Positions 54,257 to 64,000 of a stretch of 64,000 nucleotides of DNA are shown here, piece by piece; position 1 is the first letter of the stretch; the number at the start of each line of letters is the position of its first letter. The notes under the pieces are model-generated. The model ran no database searches. It was not told the origin of the DNA and worked only from the letters and a program-made list of their open reading frames with translations. Location: positions 23,250-87,249 of the forward strand of contig JBPOGI010000008.1 of assembly GCA_051251855.1 (NCBI GenBank), given 5' to 3'. Position numbers and translations under genes: made by a program. Source of the stretch: Roseibacillus sp. Lineage in GTDB: Bacteria; Verrucomicrobiota; Verrucomicrobiia; Verrucomicrobiales; Akkermansiaceae.

Positions 54257-55614
54257 AACTCAAATTCCTTGTCACTCATTTGTTGGTTGGCCTCTTGGGT
54301 CTCTTCCTCGCCCGGACGGTTGCTCTTTCATCTCATGGCGGTAGCCAATCCCAAGGCCTTCTCGGCCATCAAAACAACCTGACTTCTGAGGCCGAGGCTA
54401 AGGCCACGAAATCTCAGAATACCCGCAGGACCTCGAGCGCGCCCCGAAGTCGAGACTATCTCTCCGCTTGGCAGGCTCTCCCCGACCAGCCCCTTTCAGT
54501 GAAAGATCGACTCTCGACACAGAAGCGGCTTCTCCGCGAATGGGCCAAAGTCGATCTCACCGCCGCGATCGAAGCTGCGCTGACCGAAGCATGGGATGAT
54601 GATCGAGACGGAGAAGAAGCCGGCCCCCTAGCGAGTATCTTTAGAGAAGCCTTTGCCCAAGACCCCGAAGGCAGCTGGCATCTCATTCAATCCGGAAAAT
54701 TCGGAGTAGGAGCCGGCCTTCTTCGGCGCGCTTGGTATCAGACGATGGTGAGTCAAGAGCCTGTTCTCCTCAGCAAAATGCTCTCCCAAGTTCCTTTCTC
54801 TGATTTGGACAGCACCGTCGCACTACTCGCAAGCAATGCCTACCATACCCGAAAATATCATCCCGAAATAGCTAAAGCTCTCCTAGCTCTCCCCGAGGAC
54901 CTCATTGATAACTCACATATCATCCGTTTTTTGCCTCCTCGGGAAGCTTCCGAACTCTCTGCGGCCTTGAGGGAAATGAACAACTTCGATTCCCGGGAGG
55001 CCTCCCTGCTTCTCCATCAGTTAGCGAAGGAACATCAGGACTATGAATTGAGTGTGGTAGAAGAATTCAGCTTACTACGCCAGCAGCTCAAAGAGTTCCC
55101 AAAAGAAGTCCAAGGCCAGTTACTATTCAATGTTCTCACTAACAACGATAGCCGTAGCTACTGGGGAGGAAGACATGCCGGGAAAGGAACCCTCACCCTT
55201 TTGAATCTGATGGTAGAAGGTGAGCATTGGGAAGAACTTGGCACCCAACAAGCCAGAGACCGCCTGAAATATCAAACCGGCGAACTGCCCGACGATGAAG
55301 TCGCAGCTTGGTCGGTCAACCTTCCCGAGCGCGAAGAACTAGCAAGGCTCTTTGTCCGCGGGGTGATTCCTTACATCATGAACAACATGGAACCTTCTTG
55401 GGACTGGATACAAGAATTTCCGTCTGGCCTCTGGCGTGATCGAGCTTTGGCAGAATACTCCCAACAGGCCTGGCAAAACCACGACGACTACGAAGCCTCC
55501 CGCCGCGCGCTCGATGCTATCGAAAACCCCGACTTTAAAGCCTTCGCTGAAAGCTGGCGCCCACCACACATTCGAGCTCTTGACCGACACGCTAACGAAG
55601 GTGAAGACCCTTAG
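54253..55614 (+). CDS. Membrane-anchored hypothetical protein
   Basis: ATGA overlap with upstream gene; THLLVG helix; WAKVD..AA, DPEG.W, G.WRDRA motifs. Confidence 0.8.
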   Translation: MKLKFLVTHLLVGLLGLFLARTVALSSHGGSQSQGLLGHQNNLTSEAEAKATKSQNTRRTSSAPRSRDYLSAWQALPDQPLSVKDRLSTQKRLLREWAKVDLTAAIEAALTEAWDDDRDGEEAGPLASIFREAFAQDPEGSWHLIQSGKFGVGAGLLRRAWYQTMVSQEPVLLSKMLSQVPFSDLDSTVALLASNAYHTRKYHPEIAKALLALPEDLIDNSHIIRFLPPREASELSAALREMNNFDSREASLLLHQLAKEHQDYELSVVEEFSLLRQQLKEFPKEVQGQLLFNVLTNNDSRSYWGGRHAGKGTLTLLNLMVEGEHWEELGTQQARDRLKYQTGELPDDEVAAWSVNLPEREELARLFVRGVIPYIMNNMEPSWDWIQEFPSGLWRDRALAEYSQQAWQNHDDYEASRRALDAIENPDFKAFAESWRPPHIRALDRHANEGEDP

Positions 55615-55715
55615 GGAGAACGCCCCGCTTCTCAATCCATTCAGGCCAAAGGAGAGCTTGATAGAACAGCCCCCAGACTGGTCATCGCAGAGTTTCCCTC
55701 TACGATTAACGCTCC

Positions 55716-56132
55716 TTGGAACCTACACACCTCACTCACGCCTTTGCCGTCTTCGCTCTCTTCGGATTGATTTGGACCATCCAACTTGTGCATTACCCGA
55801 TGTTTAAGTTTGTGGAAGCTCCGCATTGGCCACGATTCCATCGCTTTCATAGCCGGAATATCACCTTCATTGTCTTTCCGCTTATGCTAGTCGAATTACT
55901 CACTTCTCTCCAACTGTTCATTGGAGAAGACAGTTTTACTAATTCACTCGCTTTACTCTGCTCGGCGGCAACTTGGCTGCTCACCGTGACAGTCTTCCTC
56001 CCTCTTCACAACAGAGTCGCCGTACGACCCGACTCATCTGTTTTTGCCAAAATCGTCAACCTCAATTGGCTACGCACAGGCGTCTGGACCATCGCCAGCG
56101 TCAATGCCTTCACCAATCTGCTATCCGTCTAG
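55716..56132 (+). CDS. Conserved small membrane protein (GLIWxxQLVHYP family)
   Basis: Four TM helices; QLVHYP, PLML.E, PLH, NWLRT..W; start uncertain. Confidence 0.8.
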   Translation: MEPTHLTHAFAVFALFGLIWTIQLVHYPMFKFVEAPHWPRFHRFHSRNITFIVFPLMLVELLTSLQLFIGEDSFTNSLALLCSAATWLLTVTVFLPLHNRVAVRPDSSVFAKIVNLNWLRTGVWTIASVNAFTNLLSV

Positions 56133-56195
56133 AAGGGCCAAGAACGCCGATAGGTCTTGGCGAAGATGGGCCGAACTGGCATTCTTGCCCGAGAC

Positions 56196-57110
56196 GTGCC
56201 TCACCCACCGTTCCAGTATCTAACCGCCCCTGCAGTGTGGCAGCCTCGAGCCGACGCTCATCGCCAAGCACTGGCCCCCATCACCTCTGCCTACCGCAAG
56301 CGCAAAGCTCAGGGCACTCTCCATCCCGTCCACGACTTTCTCTTTAGCTACTATTCCTACACCGCCGGAAAGCTCGAGCAATGGCACCCCGCAGTCGGTG
56401 AAACGCTTGCCCTCGACGCCTCGTCTGCCCATCTCTTTACCCAGCGTCACTACCGACGCGATGGCGACGCCGTCACCCTCGACGTCAGCATACTCCGTCC
56501 CAAGGACCTCGAACGACTCCGCTTCTCTCGGCGACTACTCGAACTCACCGCTAGCCGCCCGCCTAACTTTGGCTGCTACGGACTGCACGAATGGGCCATG
56601 GTCTATCAAAGCGATAATCCACGCCACCGCGAACGAGCGCCACTCCGCCTTTCTCCAGAAGAAATTGCTCGCTTCGTCAAGTCCCAGCCCCTTGCTTGCT
56701 CGCACTTCGACGCCGTGCGCTTTTTCACACCCGCGGCCCTTCCCCTTAATCGCCTACAACCCTCCCTCATGACGCGCGAAGACTTCGAACAACCCGGCTG
56801 CGTTCATGCCAACATGGATCTGTATAAATGGTCCTTCAAGGCCATGCCCTGGGTAGGCTCGGACCTTCTTCGCAAAACCTTCATGCTGGCACTGGAGCTG
56901 CGTGAACTCGATATGCGCGCGTCTCCCTACGACCTCAGCGAATACGGCTATCACCCCATCGCCATCGAAACATCCGCAGGCCGCGCGAAGTATGTGAAAA
57001 TTCAGCAACTTTTAGCGAACAGAGCCGCCTCCTTGAGAGTCGAAGTGATGAAAGCCTTAGATTCCCTCTTCGAACAAGTGACCATTTCCTCCTCATCCCC
57101 CTCTATATAG
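56196..57110 (+). CDS. Conserved protein of the family usually labelled '3-methyladenine DNA glycosylase'
   Basis: HPV.DFLF.YY, FGCYGLHEWAMVY, CSHFDA.RFFT, EQPGC.HANMDLYKW, DMRASPYDL; start uncertain. Confidence 0.8.
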   Translation: MPHPPFQYLTAPAVWQPRADAHRQALAPITSAYRKRKAQGTLHPVHDFLFSYYSYTAGKLEQWHPAVGETLALDASSAHLFTQRHYRRDGDAVTLDVSILRPKDLERLRFSRRLLELTASRPPNFGCYGLHEWAMVYQSDNPRHRERAPLRLSPEEIARFVKSQPLACSHFDAVRFFTPAALPLNRLQPSLMTREDFEQPGCVHANMDLYKWSFKAMPWVGSDLLRKTFMLALELRELDMRASPYDLSEYGYHPIAIETSAGRAKYVKIQQLLANRAASLRVEVMKALDSLFEQVTISSSSPSI

Positions 57111-57123
57111 CACCCGCACAACC

Positions 57124-57588
57124 ATGAGCCGTCCCCTCTCTCTCTTACTCCTCCTGCCCCTCACCCTCCTTCTTTACTCCTGCGGTGGTGGGGAGGAGCC
57201 CGAGCCTCCTACCAGCGAAACGAGGCGCCTTGACGCCTCTTTCGACTCTGCTAATCGCTCATTATTCTTCTCGGGCAATGCCACGACCGGAGGGAAGTTC
57301 GACTCCGAACTCCCCTTTTCACTTTGGTTCTCGTTAGCCGCCGACCCCATGTCTGCGGAAAACGAAGCCTCCCGCTTCCTCCTCGACAACCACGGTCCCC
57401 ACATCACTCAGCGAGCCACATACCGCTCTGACAACGGTAAAAATGGCGAAATAGCCCTCCTCGGCGGTCGACTCATGCTTCGTGGTAAGTCACGCCACAA
57501 CGGACGCGAACTGGAAGGCACTTGGTATTTCGACGGCCAAGCTGGCGGCACCTTCTGGCTGGCCCCCGATGGCACTATCTTTCCCTAA
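57124..57588 (+). CDS. Hypothetical lipoprotein
   Basis: Hydrophobic leader ending LYSC. Confidence 0.75.
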   Translation: MSRPLSLLLLLPLTLLLYSCGGGEEPEPPTSETRRLDASFDSANRSLFFSGNATTGGKFDSELPFSLWFSLAADPMSAENEASRFLLDNHGPHITQRATYRSDNGKNGEIALLGGRLMLRGKSRHNGRELEGTWYFDGQAGGTFWLAPDGTIFP

Positions 57589-57648
57589 ACGTCCCAGTCA
57601 CGAAAAAGACTATTCAGGCCCAGCCTCTTGGTTCAAAACTTCGGGGTA

Positions 57649-58287
57649 ATGAAATCCCTCCCCCTCCTCCTCGCTATTCTGACCCTTGGAATCAACTCCT
57701 GCTCCACCGCCTACTATGGAGCGATGGACAAATTGGGCTTCGAAAAAAGACACATCCTCGTCAATCGCGTTAAAAAAGCGAAATCCTCCCAGATCGAAGC
57801 CAAAGACCAATTTTCCTCCGCTCTCGATGAATTCATCGCCGTCTCCAACTACGAAGGCGGAGAACTCGAGAAAATGTATCGCCGCGTTGAAAAGGCCTAC
57901 AACAAATCCGATGACCGCGCCAAAGAAGTCCGCAGTCGCAACGACGCCGTCGAAAACACCGGCAAAGCCCTTTTCAAAGAATGGGGCAAGGAAATCAAGA
58001 TGTTCACCGACCCCGAACTCGCCGCCGCCTCCCGCGTGCAATACAAGGCCGCCGAAGACCGCTTCGACGAGCTTCAAATCGCAATGCGTAGCGCCGAATC
58101 CAAGCTCGATCCCGTTCTCAAAAAATTCCGCGACCAGACCCTCTTCCTGAAGCACAACCTTAACGCCAAGGCCATCAATGCCCTCGAAAGCCAAGTCGTC
58201 CGTGTCAAAGTCGATGTCGACCGTCTTATTCGCGACATGGAGCGCTCCATCGCCGAAGCCGACCGCTTCATCGCCGAAATGCGATAG
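57649..58287 (+). CDS. DUF2959-like lipoprotein
   Basis: C..AYY.AM.K.G..KR.ILV.RV, QFSSAL, LF.EW..E, LKHNLNA.AI. Confidence 0.85.
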   Translation: MKSLPLLLAILTLGINSCSTAYYGAMDKLGFEKRHILVNRVKKAKSSQIEAKDQFSSALDEFIAVSNYEGGELEKMYRRVEKAYNKSDDRAKEVRSRNDAVENTGKALFKEWGKEIKMFTDPELAAASRVQYKAAEDRFDELQIAMRSAESKLDPVLKKFRDQTLFLKHNLNAKAINALESQVVRVKVDVDRLIRDMERSIAEADRFIAEMR

Positions 58288-58292
58288 ACAAA

Positions 58293-58316
58293 GGAGCAGG
58301 GACATTCCTGTCCCTG
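58293..58316 (+). repeat. REP-like palindrome
   Basis: GGAG followed by CAGGGACA-TTCC-TGTCCCTG, 5 nt after a stop codon. Confidence 0.55.
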
Positions 58317-58353
58317 AGTTGAGAAAGGCGCTCTCTTAAAACACCACCGAACA

Positions 58354-61300
58354 ATGAAATCTCTGCGCTCTCTCAACTCTCCTTCTTGCGACGGTATTAC
58401 TCGCTCTGGGCCCCGTGTTGAAAGCCGCGGCGTTCAGCTCCCCCGGCTTTGTACAGGAGACGATCTACCAAGGCAATGGCATGATTACCATGCGCTTCGA
58501 TTTCGCGGGGCGCTTGTGGGTATGTGAAAAGCAAGGACGCATCCTCGTTTTCTCGCCGACTTCAGACACTGCTTTCGGCGTTCCCACTGTCTTTATCGAC
58601 GTAGTTTCCCAAGTGAACACGAGGGCCGAGAGCGGCATGCTTGGCCTCGAACTTGATCCTGATTTTGAGAATAACCGCTACCTCTACCTATTCTTCACCA
58701 CCGCGAGCGACCAACGCATCGTGCGGCTCACTTCGAACGCGAGCTTCGACGGGGTCATTCCTGGTTCTGAGCTTGTTCTCCTCAGCGGGCTGCCAAATAC
58801 GGTTGGGATTCATAAGGCCGGCGATATCGCCTTCCATCCAAACGACCCCAGCAATCTCTACGTGATGATTGGAGACGATGGAAAGCGTGAGCTTGTGGAC
58901 AACCTCGAACTCTACAACGGCAAACTCCTCAAAATCAGTTCTTCAGATGGAAAGGGCCTCACCACGAACCCCTACTCCACCGACGACCTCAATTCAGTTC
59001 GTTCGCGGATTTGGGCCACTCGCTTTCGCAACCCCTACCGCTTCACCTTCGACCCCGCGACCCCCATTGCTGACGTGCTCTACATTTCCGAAAACGGCGA
59101 CGGAACGGATCGTCTTCTCCGCATCGAGAAAGGCGCCGACGGTGGTTGGCCGACCCAATACAATGCCAATTCGAAAGACGGTAAGCGTCAAATCTTGCAG
59201 ACCTCTTCTCCGTCGAAGACCGGAATCGCTATCATTCGCAAAGGGCCGCTCTCCGTCGGCGGCGCCCCGACCCTCTACAATGCCCGTCACAATAGCGAGG
59301 TCATGCGCTGGACTCTAACAGGGCCGAATCTCAACACCCTCACCCCTGTGCCTGCAGATGATGGAGGAGCATTCGCGAAAGATTTCGACCACAACATCGC
59401 AAGCTTCACCGCGGGTCCTGATGGCGCTCTCTACTACACTTCTAGTGGTCAAGGCCCCGCTACCGGAAGCGGCAATCGTTTCGCGCGCATTCGCTTTGTG
59501 GGCGGCACGCAGCCCATTGCGAAGTTTACCGCCAGCCCAGAGTCCGGCCAGTCGCCCCTGAAGATCACTTTCACCGATTCCTCGACCGCCCCCGACAGCA
59601 GCCTTTCCTCGTGGAGTTGGAATTTCGGCAATGGCACCACTTCCACCGCGCAAAACCCGGTCCATTCCTACCCCGACCCCGGAGTCTATCCCGTCACCCT
59701 CACCGTCAGAAATGCTCAAGGCCTCGAGGATACTGAAGAGAGAACCCTGACCGCCTTTCACCAAACCAACCTCACCTTGTCTGGTCAAATCTATGACGGC
59801 CGTACCCTTTCGGCCGTCGATCTAACCGCTCCTACCGAACTTCATTTTTACCAACAGGACGGATCCACTCCTCTTGCGATTTCCGGCGGGACCGGAACAG
59901 ATCACAATGTACTCTCCATCGCGGCAGGCGGTGAAATCGACGCCACCTTTTCCTCGAAAATCATGGGCGACACCATCATCATTTCTGCTGGGGAAGCGGC
60001 TTCCGATGGAATGGAACCTGCCTTCGTCGGCGTCGCGCTTTCAACCACGGATGTGAATCAGACCGCGAGGGTGAGTTTTTATCTTTCGGACACGATGCTG
60101 CGAGGTCGCGTGCTCGACACCAAGAACGCTCCCGCTCGCGTGGATGTCGGAGTCTCTCGGGACACCGTTGAGAATGACTATGGCTTTGCCGGTGGACGGG
60201 ACTACCTTTCTGGCTCCGGCCTTTCCGCGAGCGGCACCGATCATCGCATCGTTCCCGACGTCCTCGGCTACTATCACGTTCCTATCCGCACCGGGACTGG
60301 CGGAACCACCTTCTATCTCGACACCACTGCCGACACCCTCACTTCGAGTCATGGAAAAATCAGCGAAGCGGTCCTCGTGCCGAGTGGTGAAACCGTGATC
60401 AAAGACCTCACCATCGGCCTCTTTCACGGTGGCACAGACGAGGCCGATCTCTCCGGTATCGCAGTCACTCCCAACGTGAACTTTGGCAGTCAAATCGAAC
60501 CCATTCTCAGCGCCCAGTGCTCAGCCTGTCACAACGACATCGCCTCTAACAGCTTCGGACTCGACCTTCAGACGGGCGCCGCCTACAGCGAGCTCGTCGA
60601 TCAGGAAAGCGGAGAAGCTCCCGGAGTGATGCTGGTGTAATCGGGCTCCGCCGCGCGTAGTTACCTGATGGAGAAACTCAGTGCCGCCCTCCCCCAGCAA
60701 GGCACCATGATGCGACCCGGCGACCCCATGCCTCTCGCGCAGCAAGCGCTCATTCGTGATTGGATCAACCAACTCACTCCACCTAATCCTGATGCTCCCC
60801 CGGAGATTGACAGCGCCCTCGCCCAGTCAGGCGTAGTCAGCACTCGATTCCGCTATCAGATCACCGCAATCAATACCGCAACCCGCTTTGGTGCAACCAA
60901 CCTGCCCGCAGGCCTCTCATTGAATTCAACCACGGGCCTGATTTCGGGTATCCCCACCGCGGCCGGCACCACCAATACCACTATCACCGCCACGAATGCC
61001 AATGGCGCCGATACCGAGACCCTCGCCTTCACAATTACCACGGGGCCCCCGCCGGAAATCACCAGCCCAGCGACCGTCAGTGGCGCGGTAAACGCCGCCT
61101 TCTCTCATCTCATTACCGCAGAGCACAATCCCGTCAGCTTTGCGGCCAGCCCGCTGCCCGCTGGCTTTTCGCTCAACTCCGCCACCGGTGAGATATCGGG
61201 TACGCCCAGCGAGGCAGGCTCCAGCATCGTGACCATCTCCGCCACCAATGCGAACGGAACCGATACCAAGACCCTGAAAATGTCCTTCCTTGCCAATCTC

Positions 61301-61726
61301 TCCGCTGGTCAGCCAACAGTGACCTCGAGCGACATCAACGACCGAAGCACAGGTGCTGCGGCGGTCGACACCGACTTGAACCAAAGTCGCTGGGAATCGA
61401 TCCACAAGGTCGATCCCCAGTGGATCGCAATCGACCTCGGTTCGAACAGAGCCATACAAAAGGTCGTGCTCAAGTGGGAAAACGCCGGAGGCAAAGACTA
61501 CAAAATTCAGGTTTCCGACGACCCCTCAGGCCCTTGGAAAGACATAGTGTCGGTGGTTGCCAACACCATCACCGACCAAGATCTCATCTACGACGGACTC
61601 GATTTCACCGGTCGCTATGTCCGCATGCACGGGACAGCACGCACAACGCCTTATGGCTACTCGCTTTACAACTTTGAGGTCTGGGGCCGCAATGCTTCTC
61701 TGATATCGGCACCGAAACCAAAGTAA
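58354..61726 (+). pseudogene. Interrupted gene: PQQ-type sugar-dehydrogenase-like propeller, PKD, cytochrome c, two Ig-like domains, F5/8C
   Basis: ORFs 58415-60640 and 60668-61726 are in one frame across a TAA (MLV*SGSAARSYLMEKL) that splits the CSACH cytochrome domain; the signal peptide is frameshifted near 58368-58375. Confidence 0.8.
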
Positions 61727-61841
61727 AAACAGGAAAACTCGAGATTTTCTATCAGGTCGCGGACAAATTCAGGCGAAAGTCAGGAGGCCTCCATCCAATT
61801 CCCTCGTCTTCTTCGCGAAGTCTGATAAGGGAGAATGCGGA

Positions 61842-64000
61842 ATGAACAAAACGCATCTTGCACTGGCCCTCCTTCTCACCCTCGGCTCCGTCGGCTTGGC
61901 GACGGCCCAGACCTCCTTCAACGGAAATTCTATCACCGATGCCACCAACTGGAGCAACGGACTCCCCACCAATATCAACCCCGGCACCATCGCCACCAAC
62001 GGCACGATCTCCGATGCCACCTTCTCCTATTCCGGAGCGACTGTCACCCAATCCAGCGGCACCATCACCACCGACCCGTTTAACTTCACCGGCGGGACTT
62101 GGAACCTGACCGGAGGTCGCATCGAAGCCCGCTTTGTCCTCGCCAATGGGTCAAGTGGAGGCAATGGAGAAGACGCCCATATTCACGCAAGTGGCGGCAC
62201 CATCTTTCTGAAGGATGTCACCGGCGCGCAACAAATCGGAGTAGCCAATGATGGCAAACTCACCATTTCCGGCACCGCCATCCTCGATGCCACTCAGGGC
62301 ACCCTCGCAGTGCCAACCGATGGCACCATTAACATCCTCAGCGATTGGACCGGCTCTTGGACACAGGGCACCTACACCAACAACGGCGACGAATGGAAAA
62401 ACCACTTCACAAGCGGCCAGATCCTTTTCAATGGCACGAGCATCGACGAAAACACCTTCGACGGATGCTTCAACGTTTCTGCCGATGGCAAAACGCTCAC
62501 CGCAAAGAACCTGCACTACGCCACCTCCTTCTCCGACCTCACCGCCGGTGACCTCAACGGTCAGGATGGCTGGAGCGCCCAAGCTCACTGGGATGCCAAC
62601 GGCGACGGAACCATCACCAACAAAGTACTCAATGGCAACGACAACGGCGCCTTCGTCCGTGCTCACAACACCAATGTCCTCGCCTCCACCACCATTGGTG
62701 AGACCGCCACCATCACCTCCACCTTCTCCCTCGGCAGCTACAACGACAGCATCTCCAATCTCGCCAACTTCCAAGAAGGCGTCCTCATCCAGGCCCTCTC
62801 CCACGAGCAAGGCCGCGTCGACTTCCCCATCGGCCTTGGGGTCGGACTCCACATCGATGACGACACCACCCCCGGCACCCGCATCCTCGAACTCCGCCAC
62901 AACGCCCCCACTGGCGTCAACATCGACTCCGGCACCTCCTCCGCTGTCATCGCCAATGCCGCCACTCTTACCAACACCGGCATCTGGACTCTCGTCACCG
63001 CCTTCACTCGTCTCGATATCGTCACCTACCAAGTCATCGCCACCATCGACAACGACTCCGATGCCAACCCTGCCACCTCCATCACCTACACCGCCACCGT
63101 CGAGAACGAACTCGCCAACGATAGCGATGGCGGCGGCATCCTCGGCGGCATCCAGGCCCTTCCCGGCGGCGGTCTCACCCCCAGCTCTACCCCCCTTTAC
63201 GCCGATATCACTCTCTCCCAATACTCCTTCAGCGTCGGCACCATGGTCACCACTCTCGATGATGAAGACGACGACTCCAACTCCCTCAACACCCCCAGCG
63301 ACATCTCCCTCCGCGAAGCCATTCAATACTCCGCCCCTCACTCCACCATCACCTTCGCCCCCTCCCTCTCCGGACAAACCATCACCCTCACCCAGGGCCA
63401 ACTCCTCATCAACAAAGCCCTCTCCATCGACGCCTCCGCCCTCCCCAACGGCCTCACCATCGATGCCAACGGCTCCGTCACCAACCATCGTGTCCTCGAG
63501 GTCACCTCCTCCGCCACCAACGTCACCCTCTCTCATCTCACCCTCATCAACGGCCACACACCGGACGGCGGCGACGGCGGCAGCGGCACCAACGGCGGCG
63601 GCATTCTCAATGCCGGCACCCTCACCCTCCATCACTCCACCCTCGCTCACAACTCCACCGGCGACGGCGGTGACAGCGTTGACTTCGGCGGCTTCGGCGG
63701 CGACGGCGGCGGCATCTTCAATTTCGGCACCCTCACCCTCCATCATTCCACCCTCGCTCACAACTCTACCGGCGACGGCGGTGACAGCGGCGTCGGCAGC
63801 TTCGGCGGAGACGGCGGAGACGGCGGAGGTATCTCCAATTTCGGCACTCTCACCCTCCATCATTCCACCCTCGCTCACAACTCCACCGGCGACGGCGGTG
63901 ACAGCGGCGGCGAAGGCGGCGGTGGCGGAGGTATCTCCAATTTCGGCACTCTCACCCTCCATCATTCCACCCTCGCTCACAACTCCACCGGCGACGGCGG
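61842..64000 (+). CDS. Large secreted adhesin-like protein with CSLREA-like and Gly-rich beta-helix repeats (3' partial)
   Basis: My translation: MNKTHLALALLLTLGSVGLATA signal peptide, ISLREAI, open to the window end. Absent from the ORF track, probably because it has no stop in the window. Confidence 0.88.
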   Translation, partial: MNKTHLALALLLTLGSVGLATAQTSFNGNSITDATNWSNGLPTNINPGTIATNGTISDATFSYSGATVTQSSGTITTDPFNFTGGTWNLTGGRIEARFVLANGSSGGNGEDAHIHASGGTIFLKDVTGAQQIGVANDGKLTISGTAILDATQGTLAVPTDGTINILSDWTGSWTQGTYTNNGDEWKNHFTSGQILFNGTSIDENTFDGCFNVSADGKTLTAKNLHYATSFSDLTAGDLNGQDGWSAQAHWDANGDGTITNKVLNGNDNGAFVRAHNTNVLASTTIGETATITSTFSLGSYNDSISNLANFQEGVLIQALSHEQGRVDFPIGLGVGLHIDDDTTPGTRILELRHNAPTGVNIDSGTSSAVIANAATLTNTGIWTLVTAFTRLDIVTYQVIATIDNDSDANPATSITYTATVENELANDSDGGGILGGIQALPGGGLTPSSTPLYADITLSQYSFSVGTMVTTLDDEDDDSNSLNTPSDISLREAIQYSAPHSTITFAPSLSGQTITLTQGQLLINKALSIDASALPNGLTIDANGSVTNHRVLEVTSSATNVTLSHLTLINGHTPDGGDGGSGTNGGGILNAGTLTLHHSTLAHNSTGDGGDSVDFGGFGGDGGGIFNFGTLTLHHSTLAHNSTGDGGDSGVGSFGGDGGDGGGISNFGTLTLHHSTLAHNSTGDGGDSGGEGGGGGGISNFGTLTLHHSTLAHNSTGDG
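63615..64000 (+). repeat. In-frame coding tandem repeats (111, 117, 102 nt spacing)
   Basis: GTLTLHHSTLAHNSTGDG(GDS) core starting at 63615, 63726, 63843 and 63945. Confidence 0.92.

Noticed and set aside
55612..55660. Decayed ligA 3'-end copy after the hypothetical gene pair
   Set aside because: Only about 21/36 nt match by eye; not distinguishable from chance.
60638..60640. Recoding (selenocysteine, pyrrolysine or alternative code)
   Set aside because: The codon is TAA, used as a normal stop elsewhere in the window, and the gene has a second lesion.
62151..63980. 609-aa minus-strand ORF
   Set aside because: Antisense shadow of the plus-strand secreted protein, which has a signal peptide and recognisable domains.
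63595..64000. DGR variable/template repeats
   Set aside because: No reverse transcriptase in the window; differences include indels and are not adenine-specific.

Overview
Chromosomal segment from a bacterium that looks like Verrucomicrobiota (PEP-CTERM protein, LTD/CotH and CSLREA/choice-of-anchor surface proteins, lineage-typical hypothetical proteins; taxonomy is inferred). Core genes: the start of the dcw cluster (mraZ-rsmH-ftsL-ftsI-murE, minus strand), an MFS transporter, nagZ, acnB, a TolC/MacAB-like efflux operon, beta-carbonic anhydrase, a sulfatase, a metallophosphoesterase, an SSS symporter, a GT2-receiver/GT4/flippase operon and ligA. Large secreted-protein genes and decayed gene fragments are interspersed. 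Top observation: between mraZ and rsmH (4708-5350) is an array of four ~100-nt units that I do not recognise. Each has a long closing stem (13-14 bp with compensatory changes in three units), an invariant TGCCTTGCC exactly 45 nt after a start-codon position, and an (ACTGGA)x3 linker upstream. The fourth unit overlaps and could occlude the rsmH start. Second: several surface-protein genes sit between a host gene and a decayed copy of that gene's 3' end (acnB twice, a small gene, the SSS gene), suggesting repeated insertion at gene 3' ends with no integrase in view. Third: six otherwise unrelated secreted proteins share a C-terminal S-x-D-L-x-x-W...F-x-R-[LV] module. No rRNA, tRNA, CRISPR array or intact transposase/integrase was seen. 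All alignments and folds were done by eye.
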